Part shown: positions 10,024 to 19,028 of the stretch, one piece after another
Numbering within the stretch: position 1 is the stretch's first letter
How the letters are laid out: the number at the start of each line of letters is the position of its first letter
DNA from: Gammaproteobacteria bacterium
Lineage (GTDB): Bacteria > Pseudomonadota > Gammaproteobacteria > Natronospirales > DASSBR01
Assembly (NCBI GenBank): GCA_035708085.1
Contig: DASSTE010000074.1
Location: forward strand, 67,053-131,052
DNA: 64,000 nucleotides
Direction: 5' to 3'
Translations under genes and position numbers: made by a program
Notes under the pieces: model-generated
Seen by the model: only the letters and a program-made list of their open reading frames with translations
Database searches by the model: none
Told to the model about the DNA's origin: nothing

Positions 10024-11385
10024 GTGAGTCGGCAATGTTTTCGCCGCACGCTGGGGCTCCTGCCGGCGACCGCGATCAACATGACGCAGATGTGCGGCAT
10101 CGGGCCGTTCATCACGATACCGATCATGGTCGCCACAATGGGCGGCCCGCAGGCGATGATCGGCTGGATTGCGGGCGCCGTGCTGGCGATGGCGGATGGC
10201 CTGGTCTGGGCGGAACTCGGCGCGGCGCTGCCCGGTGCCGGCGGTAGCTATCTTTATCTGCGCGAGGCGTTCGAGCATCGCACCGGCAAGCTGATGCCGT
10301 TCCTGTTCATCTGGACGGCGATGCTCACGATTCCGCTGATCATGGCGACCGGCGTGATCGGCCTGGTGCAGTACCTCGGCTTCTTTTTCCCGCACCTCGG
10401 CTGGTGGGCGCAACGCGCGATCGGCGTAGGCGTGACGGCGCTGGTCGTGCTCGCGCTGTACCGGCGCATCGAGTCGATCCGCTGGATTACGACCGGCCTC
10501 TGGGTGATCATGCTTGCGAGCGTCACGCTCGTGATCGCCGCCTGCTTCAGCCATTTCGATCCACATCTCGCATTCAACTTCACGGGTGGCGGCGCGGGTT
10601 TTCTCACCGGGCTCGGCAGCGGCCTGATCATCGCCGTCTACGACTACCTCGGCTATTACACCAGCGCGTACATGGGCGACGAACTGCGCGACCCGGGGCG
10701 CGTCATGCCGCGCTCGATCGTCATCGCGATCGTGGCCATCATGGCGCTCTACCTCGCGCTTAACATCGGCGTGCTGGGCGTGGTCCCGTGGCAGACCGTC
10801 GCGCATGCGTCGTCGATCGGCTCACTGGTGCTGGAGCGAACCTGGGGCTATACGGCGGCAGCGATCGTGACTGTGCTGATCCTGGTGACCGCTTTCGCGT
10901 CAGTCTTTGCAGGATTGCTGGGTGGTTCGCGGGTGCCGTTTTACGCCGCTCGCGATCAGGTCTTCTTCAAGGCATTCGGCCACCTGCACAACCGCCACGA
11001 CTTTCCGCACGTCGCGTTGCTCGCGATGGGAGCAGTGACCGCCGTCGGCTCGTTCTTCGATCTCACCGAAGTCATCAATATGCTGCTGGCGGCGTCGGTG
11101 CTGGTGCAGTCGCTTGCGCAAATCGCGGCATTGATCGTCTTGCGGCGCCGCCGCCCGGATTTGCACCGCCCGTACCGGCAATGGCTATACCCGCTGCCGT
11201 GCGTCATCGCCGCGGTCGGGTGGAGCTTCGTCTACTTTTCCGCGACGTCACTGTCGCTGCTCCTGTCCGGCATCTGGATTTTTGCCGGGATCGTTGCGTT
11301 TCTCGCGTGGGCGAAGGTCAACAGGGCGTGGCCGTTTGGTGCTATCGGCGTCGGTTCACGCGGCATTACGGGGGCGGCGGACTAG
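10024..11385 (+). CDS. amino acid permease, APC superfamily
   Basis: 453 aa polytopic membrane protein. The N-terminal GIGPFITIP...GGSYLYLREAF signature is typical of APC transporters. Confidence 0.8.
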   Translation: MSRQCFRRTLGLLPATAINMTQMCGIGPFITIPIMVATMGGPQAMIGWIAGAVLAMADGLVWAELGAALPGAGGSYLYLREAFEHRTGKLMPFLFIWTAMLTIPLIMATGVIGLVQYLGFFFPHLGWWAQRAIGVGVTALVVLALYRRIESIRWITTGLWVIMLASVTLVIAACFSHFDPHLAFNFTGGGAGFLTGLGSGLIIAVYDYLGYYTSAYMGDELRDPGRVMPRSIVIAIVAIMALYLALNIGVLGVVPWQTVAHASSIGSLVLERTWGYTAAAIVTVLILVTAFASVFAGLLGGSRVPFYAARDQVFFKAFGHLHNRHDFPHVALLAMGAVTAVGSFFDLTEVINMLLAASVLVQSLAQIAALIVLRRRRPDLHRPYRQWLYPLPCVIAAVGWSFVYFSATSLSLLLSGIWIFAGIVAFLAWAKVNRAWPFGAIGVGSRGITGAAD

Positions 11386-12503
11386 CCGCTTCTTGTCATA
11401 CCAGCCTTCGCTGGTATGACGGAAAACGGAAAACTGAAGCTTTCAATTTTTTCGATCAGCATCTGCGCCATGGCTTGTTGTTCCGCGGCGTTCGGATGTC
11501 CCGGCGTCCTTTTGTATGGGACGATAAGCGGGTAAACGCCGTTATCGCCGTCGGCTCTCATGCGTCGCACGGCCGCCTTGACGTAGCCGGCCCACGGCGA
11601 GCCGGGCTTCGTGATGTCCATATCGCCCAGCATGCAGATAAAAATCGCGTGGGGGTAGTGGCTCCGCAGCGATTCGACGAAGCTCATGTATGCGCTGATG
11701 ATCTGTTCCTTCGATGGCGGGTGCTTCTCGCGGGGCAACAGCCAGGAATCGTTCTGGAGCAGGTTGATGACGACGATGTCCGGCGTCCACTTCGAGAAAT
11801 TCCAGTGGCTTGCCGGGTCGCGGGGGTTCAGGCGAGCATACATGCTTGGCATCGTCAGTGGGAACCAGCTCTTCAGGATGCCGATGCCGCTCAGCGAGAT
11901 GCTGCGGTAGTCGGCATGAAAATGACGTGCGGTGATGGCGGCATAGGACAGGTAGCTGTCCATCGTGGCCGGATTGGCATTGTGATGGCGCGTGGTGTCG
12001 AGCACGCCGTAGCCCGAGGTGATCGAGTCGCCATAAAACTCGATGGCGAGAGGATGCCGGACCGATGGGCGAAATACCGACGCGTGCGGCCCGATCTCGA
12101 TGCCATCGAACTCGCTTACCGAATACGTCGGGTCCACGCGGCGAAGAATTTTCGCCGTGTGGCGCGCGCCTGTCAGATGTCGGGCAACGATGTAGGTATG
12201 CCGCCCCTTGCGGCAATGAATGACGTGCCGGTGCACGCCGTCGCCGTCGATAATGACATCGAAATAGTTGTCGCCGGCAGCATTGTCCAGCACGACCGCT
12301 AGGGTGCTGCCGGTAAAGCCGATGGTCGCGGCGTCGCCGGCCCAGTAGAACCGCGGCGCCTGGCGGTTCGAGAAGTCGATGCGCCCCGCATAGGCGAAAT
12401 CCGGATTGTCGGCCTTGATAAAGCGTGTGCCGGCCGCAGCGTGTGCGGCCAGCGCCACCGCGCCCAGCGCAACCAGAAGGCGGAGCCGGTTGCGCGGGCG
12501 CAT
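11382..12503 (-). CDS. SGNH/GDSL hydrolase, carbohydrate-esterase family 2-like (N-terminal beta-sandwich plus esterase)
   Basis: Track ORF 11382..12734 trimmed to MRPRNRLRLLVALGAVALAAHAAAG (signal peptide). The start overlaps the stop of the upstream permease by 1 nt. The GDSIT block appears as FYGDSITSGYG, followed by LLQNDSW. Confidence 0.65.
   Translation of the reverse strand: MRPRNRLRLLVALGAVALAAHAAAGTRFIKADNPDFAYAGRIDFSNRQAPRFYWAGDAATIGFTGSTLAVVLDNAAGDNYFDVIIDGDGVHRHVIHCRKGRHTYIVARHLTGARHTAKILRRVDPTYSVSEFDGIEIGPHASVFRPSVRHPLAIEFYGDSITSGYGVLDTTRHHNANPATMDSYLSYAAITARHFHADYRSISLSGIGILKSWFPLTMPSMYARLNPRDPASHWNFSKWTPDIVVINLLQNDSWLLPREKHPPSKEQIISAYMSFVESLRSHYPHAIFICMLGDMDITKPGSPWAGYVKAAVRRMRADGDNGVYPLIVPYKRTPGHPNAAEQQAMAQMLIEKIESFSFPFSVIPAKAGMTRSG
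11395..11420. terminator. REP-like perfect hairpin GTCATACCAGC-cttc-GCTGGTATGAC at a convergent gene junction
   Basis: 11-bp arms read directly. It lies within the last codons of the SGNH gene (tail ...VIPAKAGMTRSG). It has no U-tract and belongs to a family seen at four convergent junctions. Confidence 0.5.
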
Positions 12504-13855
12504 TACGCGGACGTTCGGCGCGTGAAGTAAATCCAGATGAAATATATGGGTATACCGACCAGCGTGATGCCGAGGCTGAGGGCGGCCGACGCAGTCTGCG
12601 TCACCAGTGCGTTGGCGATGACCGCCAGCGTCGCGACGAAGAACAGTGCCGGAATCACCGGATAACCGAATGCCTTGTACGTCCGCTTGAGGTCGGGGCG
12701 CTTTTTGCGCAGCCACCAGACGCCGGCGACGCAAAGCGCCAGGAACGGCCAGACGCCCAGCACGTAAGCCTCGGTCAGCTCCTGGAAGTCACGCAGCATG
12801 ACGTAGCAGGCTGCCAGCACCGTCGAGAAGGCAATTGCGACGTAGGGGGTTCCGAAACGCGGATGCACCTTGCCGATGACGCTGAAAAACAGCCTGTCCT
12901 CGGCCATCGCGAAATACACGCGCGAGCCGGACATCATGTTGCCGTTGAGCGAACCGAAGGTGGAGAGCATCACCAGTGCCGCGATCACTGCGCCGCCGGC
13001 GCGCCCGACCACGGCGATCATCGCATCGGCGGCCACTGACTTCGATTGCGCCACCTGTGGCACCGTCAGCGCGTCGAGATAGGCGGCGTTGGTAATCAGG
13101 TAGGCCGCGATTACGATCAGCGTGCCGGCGACCAGCGCGATCGGCATGTTGCGCTCGGGGCGGCGAATCTCGCCGGCGATCAGCGTCAGGTTCTGCCAGC
13201 CGTCATAGGCCCACAGCACCGCGATCAGCGCGACGCCCCAGCCGGCGGTGGAGGTGTGCGTGATCAGCGTCGGCTGCGTATATGCGCCGCCACTACTGCT
13301 GAGCGCGAAGATCACGATACTCAATGCAACCAGCGCGAGCAGCTTGCCGGCGGTGGAGATGTTCTGAATGGCGGCGCCCAACGCCACCGAACGATATTGG
13401 GCGGCGCCCACGATTAATATGATCAGCGCTGCGACTGCATGCGTCGCCGTCAGCGACATCGGCACCACGCTCGCGAGATATTCGGCGAAAACCAGCGCCA
13501 GCGCCGCCCAGGCGATCGGCTCGGTCAGCAGCCACATCCAGCCGAACAAAAAGGCCAGCGGCCGGCCGTACACCTCGCGCAGATACACATATATACCGCC
13601 GGTGCCGGGGTAGAGTGCAGACAGCTCCGCGATTGACAGCGAGCCGAACAACGCGATCGCGCCACCCACAACCCAGACGGCGGCGATACCGCTGAGGCTC
13701 CCGGTATTGAGCGCAACAACGGACGGCACCCGGAAGATGCCGCTGCCGATCACGCCACCGACGAGAATCGCGATTGCGGCGCCGAGACCAAGGCGGCGGG
13801 ACAACTGGCGCGGCGCCGCCGCGGCTTGAGTTATCGATTGTGGCTGAGCTGACAA
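12503..13855 (-). CDS. amino acid permease, APC superfamily
   Basis: 450 aa with a TTG start in the track. IGSGIFRVPS and GGIYVYLREVYG motifs are present, with about 12 predicted hydrophobic segments. Confidence 0.8.
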   Translation of the reverse strand: MSAQPQSITQAAAAPRQLSRRLGLGAAIAILVGGVIGSGIFRVPSVVALNTGSLSGIAAVWVVGGAIALFGSLSIAELSALYPGTGGIYVYLREVYGRPLAFLFGWMWLLTEPIAWAALALVFAEYLASVVPMSLTATHAVAALIILIVGAAQYRSVALGAAIQNISTAGKLLALVALSIVIFALSSSGGAYTQPTLITHTSTAGWGVALIAVLWAYDGWQNLTLIAGEIRRPERNMPIALVAGTLIVIAAYLITNAAYLDALTVPQVAQSKSVAADAMIAVVGRAGGAVIAALVMLSTFGSLNGNMMSGSRVYFAMAEDRLFFSVIGKVHPRFGTPYVAIAFSTVLAACYVMLRDFQELTEAYVLGVWPFLALCVAGVWWLRKKRPDLKRTYKAFGYPVIPALFFVATLAVIANALVTQTASAALSLGITLVGIPIYFIWIYFTRRTSA

Positions 13856-14012
13856 AGGCCTGACCTCATCTGATCAAAAACAGCGTTCCGGCAGCCTATG
13901 TGTAAACGGGGCAGGTGGCAAGTCCATAGCCATAAAGCATCCCCTATTGCTTTTTTCGCATTGGTTTTGTGCGGCGCGATTTGCTACATATTGCGCACGT
14001 TTTTTTACGGAC

Positions 14013-14078
14013 CGGTGCGTGCTCCCGGCGGTCCCCCCGCCTCTCCATACCGCCGTGGGCGCGCACCGTTTCGTTTTG
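14013..14078 (+). terminator. intrinsic-terminator-like hairpin plus T-tract with no upstream plus-strand gene (possible sRNA end)
   Basis: Arms 14013-14032 and 14049-14068 pair at 17 of 20 positions. They are followed by TTTCGTTTTG (14069-14078). The structure sits in a 450-bp intergenic region. Confidence 0.35.
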
Positions 14079-14083
14079 AGTCC

Positions 14084-14100
14084 TATAGCCGACGGGTATA
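14084..14100. promoter_or_regulatory. dyad TATAGCC-GAC-GGGTATA (operator copy 4, one mismatch) upstream of the second TonB receptor
   Basis: Read directly. GGCGATT occurs at 14107-14113, at offset 7 rather than the 16 seen in the other copies. Confidence 0.4.
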
Positions 14101-14304
14101 CCCTATGGCGATTTTCGTCATCCACTTTGCCTGCAGCTGGCCTATTATCGGGCAATAGGCGGTTGGCAAAAATGTATCAAAACCAGCCAGCGCAGGAAAA
14201 AGCGTTTATACACAAAGGGTTGTCGAGCGGCGCTCTGTGGGCCATGCGCAACAGAGCTGGGTTAAATACGCAGGTTTTCGCATCTGTTGTTGAGGAGAAA
14301 AGAA

Positions 14305-17300
14305 ATGAAGGGTCGATCTGGATTAAACCGAGCCACACGATACGCGCTCGCGGGTCTTGTCACCGCGGCGCTGGCCGCGCCGGCATGGGCGGCCAATGGC
14401 GCTTCAAACCAAAGCCCGGACAGCGCGGCCGCAGAGTGCCAAGCTAATAACAATAACGCTGAGTGCCAGAACCTGGGCACGATCTCGGTAACCGGCTCGC
14501 ACATCAAGGGTAGCAGCATGGCTACCACGCAGCCGATTCTGCGGATTACGCATCAGCAGATTGAGGACACCGGCATCAAGAACCTCGGTGAACTGCTGGA
14601 TCAGTTGCCATCAGTGGGTTTCGTTGAAGGACTGGCCTCGGGTTCCTTCTACGGCAGCGGCGCCGAGCGCATCGATCTGCGCTACCTGGGCAGTAACCGT
14701 TTGCTGGTATTGTTAAACGGTCACCGCCTGGTGGCCCAGTTCGGCGGCTCCGCCGATTTGACGCAGATTCCGACTTCCATCATTGATCACATTGAAATCC
14801 TGCAGGATGGCGCCTCGGCAGTATACGGTTCCGACGCGATCGCGGGCGTGATCAATATCATCACCAAGAAGAATATCAACGGCGGCAGCGTCACCGCCTA
14901 TTACGGCATTTCCAACGGCGTCAAGAGCGGCAAGTGGGACGGCCAGACGCAGCACTACAACGCGACGATCGGCAAGTCCGGCGACTGGGGTGATTTCCTC
15001 TTCAGCGCCTCGTATCTCAAGGGCAACGCGATCCCCGCCGGCGACCGCGAATTTTCGGGCATAAACCCGATCCTCAAGAATACGCGCGGCAGCGTTGCCA
15101 CCCCTGAAGGCACGTACTTCTTCTATGCGCCGACCAACGGCGATCCGACGAAGCCCGGCAACGTGCCGGCGCCTTATACCGGTCTGACGGCCGCGGAATG
15201 TCCGGACGCCCAGGTTACAGTCGGTAATTCGACGTACTACATTCCAAGCTGCGCCCTGGCCAAGACGCCGCGCACGGCGGGCACGAGCGGGGCTGACTTT
15301 CACCGCTTCACCGACGCCGATCGCTATATCGGCGGTCCCCTTGAAATTCCGATTACGATTAATCAGAACGTCAAGAATTTCTATACCGAAGGCAGCTACA
15401 ACCTGACGCCGTCGATCTCGATCAATGCCAGCGCTCTGTACAATCGTCGCCAATCCATCGGGCCGCGCGATCCGGATCTCGTATTCTGGACGCGGTCGGG
15501 CTTTGATATTCTGCCGGGCCAGAACGGCAACCCGTTCGGCTTCGAACTGGCCAGCTCTAAGCCGGTTCAAGTTGCCACGGCGCCTGACGGCACGCCAGTC
15601 AAGATTCCGACGTGGCAGGCAGGTTACCGCAGCACCACCGAACTGGGCCGACGGATTCGTCAGTTTGACGCGCAAACCGGCCGGTTTTCAGGGGGCTTGA
15701 ACGGTTACTTCAACACTGGCCGAATCGTCTGGGACTGGGACGCGAACTACCTCTATTCGAGCTACACCGTCAATTCTGCGGAAGACAACCTCAGCAACAA
15801 TCTGGGGCTCAGTCTGGCGACCTCGCCGCTTTGTCCGCAAATCGCCGGCTGCGTGCCGCTGCGCCTCTTCGGTGGCCAGGGTGTCAATGGCAAAGGCTCC
15901 TGGACCAAGGCGATGGTCGACTACGTCAACGTCAGTCATGCCATTTTCGACATCATCGAAAAGGATTACCGGTCCACTCAGGCCAACATCTCCACGAGCA
16001 ACCTGGTGGACTTGCCGGCGGGCGGACTTGGCTTTGCCGTCGGCTATCAGCATCGCAACATCTCCGGCAGCGATACGCCCGGCCAATCGTTCCGTGAGGT
16101 CAGCCGGCGCAGTTCCGTTGCGTCGACCAAGCTGGCCGGTCAGTACAATGTCGATGCGTACTACGCGGAAGTGAACGTACCGATCCTGGCGCATATGACG
16201 GGTGCCGATTATCTCGGCGTGGACCTCGCGAGTCGCTACTCCGACTACAGCACTTTCGGCAGCACCACCAATTCGCGCGTCGGCTTCAAGTATCAGCCGA
16301 TTGAGGACCTCGCGTTCCGCGGCGGCTATTCGCAAGGCTTCCGTGCGGCCGATCTTTCCGCACTGTTTTCACCCCGGAGCACGGGTTTCCCGTACTACAC
16401 TGACCCTTGCAGCAACTATGATGCGCCCGGCAATTCCGCCGAACTCAAGGCAAACTGCAAGGCAGCGGGTGTGCCTGGTGGTCCGAACGGCTACGTCCAG
16501 ACTCAATCGCAGACCACCGGCATCTACTCGGGCAACACGAATCTGAAGCCGGAGACCTCGGTCTCGAAGACACTCGGCTTTGTCTACAGTCCGACGTATC
16601 TGCCGGGCTTCAACCTCAGCCTCGATTATTACCACATCGACCTGACGCAGAAGATCGCATCCTTCGGTGCGACCTCGATCCTGCGCTTCTGCTATGAGCA
16701 AAGCATTCAGCAGTTCTGCGACCTGGTTACCCGGAGCTCCGCTGGCCAGGTTACCGAGATTCGCATTCGCGATGTGAACATCGGCGAATCGAAGACCGCC
16801 GGCTATGATCTCGGCATCAGCTACGATCTGCCACCGATGTCATTTGGCCAGTTTGGTGTGGACCTCAATGCCACGCATGTCAACTTCTTCAAGAACTACA
16901 GTCCGCAGCCTGACGGATCGGTCGTGGTGAACAGCCTTGTCGGTGATCTGGACGAAGGCACGGTGCCGGAATGGAAGGCACGGCTCAACCTCGATTACAC
17001 CTTCGGGCCGTGGCACGCCGCAATCATCGGTCATTACTTCAGCGACTTCACCGGTAGCTGTTCCGATGCCAAGAACGGCACGCCCATCAGTCTGACCGCT
17101 CTCGGTTTCTGCGACAACCCGAACACGGTGAACAACGCGTTGTCGACCGGCCACCGCGGTTCATTGGTCTATTGGGATTTGCACGTCGGTTATAACACGC
17201 CCTGGAACGTGGATCTGGCGCTGGGTATCAATAATATTACCGGCAAACTTCCGGCCGGCACTTCTGACGGTTACGGCTACATATCCGAACTGGATTATGG

Positions 17301-17346
17301 TGTCTTCAGCCGTTACTACTACTTCCAGGTGACAGCCAAGTTCTAG
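14305..17346 (+). CDS. TonB-dependent outer-membrane receptor
   Basis: Track ORF 14287..17346 trimmed to MKGRSGLN (GAGGAG RBS). It has a signal peptide ending AWA, a plug region (IEILQDGASAVYGSDAIAGVINIITKK) and a C-terminal ...YYFQVTAKF with terminal Phe. Confidence 0.85.
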   Translation: MKGRSGLNRATRYALAGLVTAALAAPAWAANGASNQSPDSAAAECQANNNNAECQNLGTISVTGSHIKGSSMATTQPILRITHQQIEDTGIKNLGELLDQLPSVGFVEGLASGSFYGSGAERIDLRYLGSNRLLVLLNGHRLVAQFGGSADLTQIPTSIIDHIEILQDGASAVYGSDAIAGVINIITKKNINGGSVTAYYGISNGVKSGKWDGQTQHYNATIGKSGDWGDFLFSASYLKGNAIPAGDREFSGINPILKNTRGSVATPEGTYFFYAPTNGDPTKPGNVPAPYTGLTAAECPDAQVTVGNSTYYIPSCALAKTPRTAGTSGADFHRFTDADRYIGGPLEIPITINQNVKNFYTEGSYNLTPSISINASALYNRRQSIGPRDPDLVFWTRSGFDILPGQNGNPFGFELASSKPVQVATAPDGTPVKIPTWQAGYRSTTELGRRIRQFDAQTGRFSGGLNGYFNTGRIVWDWDANYLYSSYTVNSAEDNLSNNLGLSLATSPLCPQIAGCVPLRLFGGQGVNGKGSWTKAMVDYVNVSHAIFDIIEKDYRSTQANISTSNLVDLPAGGLGFAVGYQHRNISGSDTPGQSFREVSRRSSVASTKLAGQYNVDAYYAEVNVPILAHMTGADYLGVDLASRYSDYSTFGSTTNSRVGFKYQPIEDLAFRGGYSQGFRAADLSALFSPRSTGFPYYTDPCSNYDAPGNSAELKANCKAAGVPGGPNGYVQTQSQTTGIYSGNTNLKPETSVSKTLGFVYSPTYLPGFNLSLDYYHIDLTQKIASFGATSILRFCYEQSIQQFCDLVTRSSAGQVTEIRIRDVNIGESKTAGYDLGISYDLPPMSFGQFGVDLNATHVNFFKNYSPQPDGSVVVNSLVGDLDEGTVPEWKARLNLDYTFGPWHAAIIGHYFSDFTGSCSDAKNGTPISLTALGFCDNPNTVNNALSTGHRGSLVYWDLHVGYNTPWNVDLALGINNITGKLPAGTSDGYGYISELDYGVFSRYYYFQVTAKF

Positions 17347-17371
17347 CTGCCGACATAACGGCAAGATGTTC

Positions 17372-17403
17372 CCGGCGGGCGCGACAACAGTCGCGTCCGC
17401 CGG
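17372..17403 (+). terminator. GC-rich hairpin between the receptor and hydrolase genes (attenuator or partial terminator)
   Basis: CCGGCGGGCGCGAC-aaca-GTCGCGTCCGCCGG forms a 14-bp stem with one G-T pair. There is no U-tract. Confidence 0.35.
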
Positions 17404-17460
17404 AAACCGTTAATCAGTCCACGCGGCGCAAGCCGCTCTTCTCAAGGAAGCTATCGAGTC

Positions 17461-18972
17461 ATGGGCACGACCGGTCGGCTCATCTTTTTGCTTGCGCTAG
17501 CCGCGTTCGCGGTTCCTTCGCAAGCAGATACGCCGACCCGGCTGCAAGGTCTCGATCATTACATCCTCAAATCGATGCGGGCCTGGCGGGTGCCCGGCCT
17601 GGCAATTGCCATCGTCAAGGACGGCCGGATCGTCAAGGAACAAGGCTACGGCGAACGCGAGCTGGGCAAGCCGGCGAAAGTGGACAAGAACACGATTTTT
17701 GCCATTGCATCCAACAGCAAGGCTTTTACGACGGTCGCCCTGGGTACGCTGGTTGATTCCGGTGAACTCGGCTGGGACGACCACGTCACCAGGTATCTCC
17801 CGGACTTCGAGCTTTACAGCCCCTACGCGACGCGCGAAGTGACGGTTCGCGACCTGCTGACTCACCGCACCGGTTACTGCAACGGCGGCTTTCTCGAATA
17901 CGGCACGAACAACACGCGCGCCGACATCATGCACAAGCTGCGGTTGCTCAAACCGCGCTACCCGTTCCGGGCGACGTTCTGCTACAGCAACATCATGGTG
18001 ACGATGGCGGCGCAGATCATTCCCGCGATCACCGGAGAGCAGTGGCACCAGGCGGTCCAAAAGCGCATCTTCAAGCCACTCGATATGGCGCACAGCGACA
18101 CGCTGATGACGTTCAAGCCGCATGGCGACACCGCGGCGCCGCACAGCGAGGTCGACGGCAAAGTTCAGCCAATTCGCTGGTATTACGACGCCAACGACGC
18201 TCCGGCCGGAGGCGTCGTCTCCAGCGTCAGCGACATGGCGCACTGGCTTGAGATGCTGCTGAACGATGGCACGTGGCACGGTCGAGAGATCGTCAGCCCG
18301 GCAGTGATCCATGAAATGGAGACGCCGCAGATTGCGATACCGCCCGACAGCTTCGAAGGCAGCCTGTTTGGCAGTTTCATTCCGCAGGCACATTCGCTGT
18401 CGTACGGTTTGACGCTGTTCATGAACGACTATCGCGGCTATCACATCGACTGGCATTACGGCGAGACCGACGGCTTCCAGTCGGCGCTCGGCATGATCCC
18501 GAGCCTCCATCTGGGCGTTGTCGTGCTCAGCAATCGCGATGAAAACTGGCTGCCGGTGGCGTTGATGTACCGCGTGATCGATGCCTACATCGGCGCCCCG
18601 AACACCGACTGGAGCGCGCGGCTGCTGAAGATTACGCGGCAGCGCGGAGCAGCGGGGCAGGTCGACGCGTTGGCCAAGGCGCGGGTGCCGGACTCAAGGC
18701 CGCCGGTACCGCCCGCCGATTATGTCGGGGTTTACACCGATCCGTTATATGGGAAGGTGACGGTGTCGATGGAAGACGGCCACCTTGTTTTGCGCCGCGG
18801 CCGGCTGTTCGTGGGCGACCTGCAGCATTGGGATCACGACACGTTCCGTATTACGTGGCGCTATCACTACCTCGGGCATGGGTATGCCGAATTCCTGCTT
18901 AATCCGGCGGGTCAGGTGCATCGGTTGAAATTGATCGGTGTCGGCACTTACACGCGCCGGAAAACCCAGTGA
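17461..18972 (+). CDS. exported serine hydrolase, beta-lactamase class C / DD-peptidase fold, with a C-terminal DUF3471-like domain (paralog of 7667..9265)
   Basis: Signal peptide present. SxxK appears as ASNSKAF and YxN as YSNIM. The N-terminal half aligns by eye with the 7667 protein (VPGLAIAIVKDGRIV vs LPGLAVGVIKNGKVV). The C-terminal YVGVYTDPLYGKVTVSMEDGHLVL is typical of the extra domain. Confidence 0.75.
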   Translation: MGTTGRLIFLLALAAFAVPSQADTPTRLQGLDHYILKSMRAWRVPGLAIAIVKDGRIVKEQGYGERELGKPAKVDKNTIFAIASNSKAFTTVALGTLVDSGELGWDDHVTRYLPDFELYSPYATREVTVRDLLTHRTGYCNGGFLEYGTNNTRADIMHKLRLLKPRYPFRATFCYSNIMVTMAAQIIPAITGEQWHQAVQKRIFKPLDMAHSDTLMTFKPHGDTAAPHSEVDGKVQPIRWYYDANDAPAGGVVSSVSDMAHWLEMLLNDGTWHGREIVSPAVIHEMETPQIAIPPDSFEGSLFGSFIPQAHSLSYGLTLFMNDYRGYHIDWHYGETDGFQSALGMIPSLHLGVVVLSNRDENWLPVALMYRVIDAYIGAPNTDWSARLLKITRQRGAAGQVDALAKARVPDSRPPVPPADYVGVYTDPLYGKVTVSMEDGHLVLRRGRLFVGDLQHWDHDTFRITWRYHYLGHGYAEFLLNPAGQVHRLKLIGVGTYTRRKTQ

Positions 18973-19028
18973 ACGATTTCGCCAACCCTTCTTGCTGGAA
19001 TGACGGAGCGCCGGTATGGCGAAAGTCG

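Noticed and set aside
13874-14447. Small ORFs in the long intergenic region (13874..14155 minus, 13898..14158 plus, 13947..14447 plus)
   Set aside because: They overlap each other and have no RBS. Their composition is odd (Cys/Arg/Phe-rich). The third runs into the TonB receptor gene in another frame. They are more likely non-coding.
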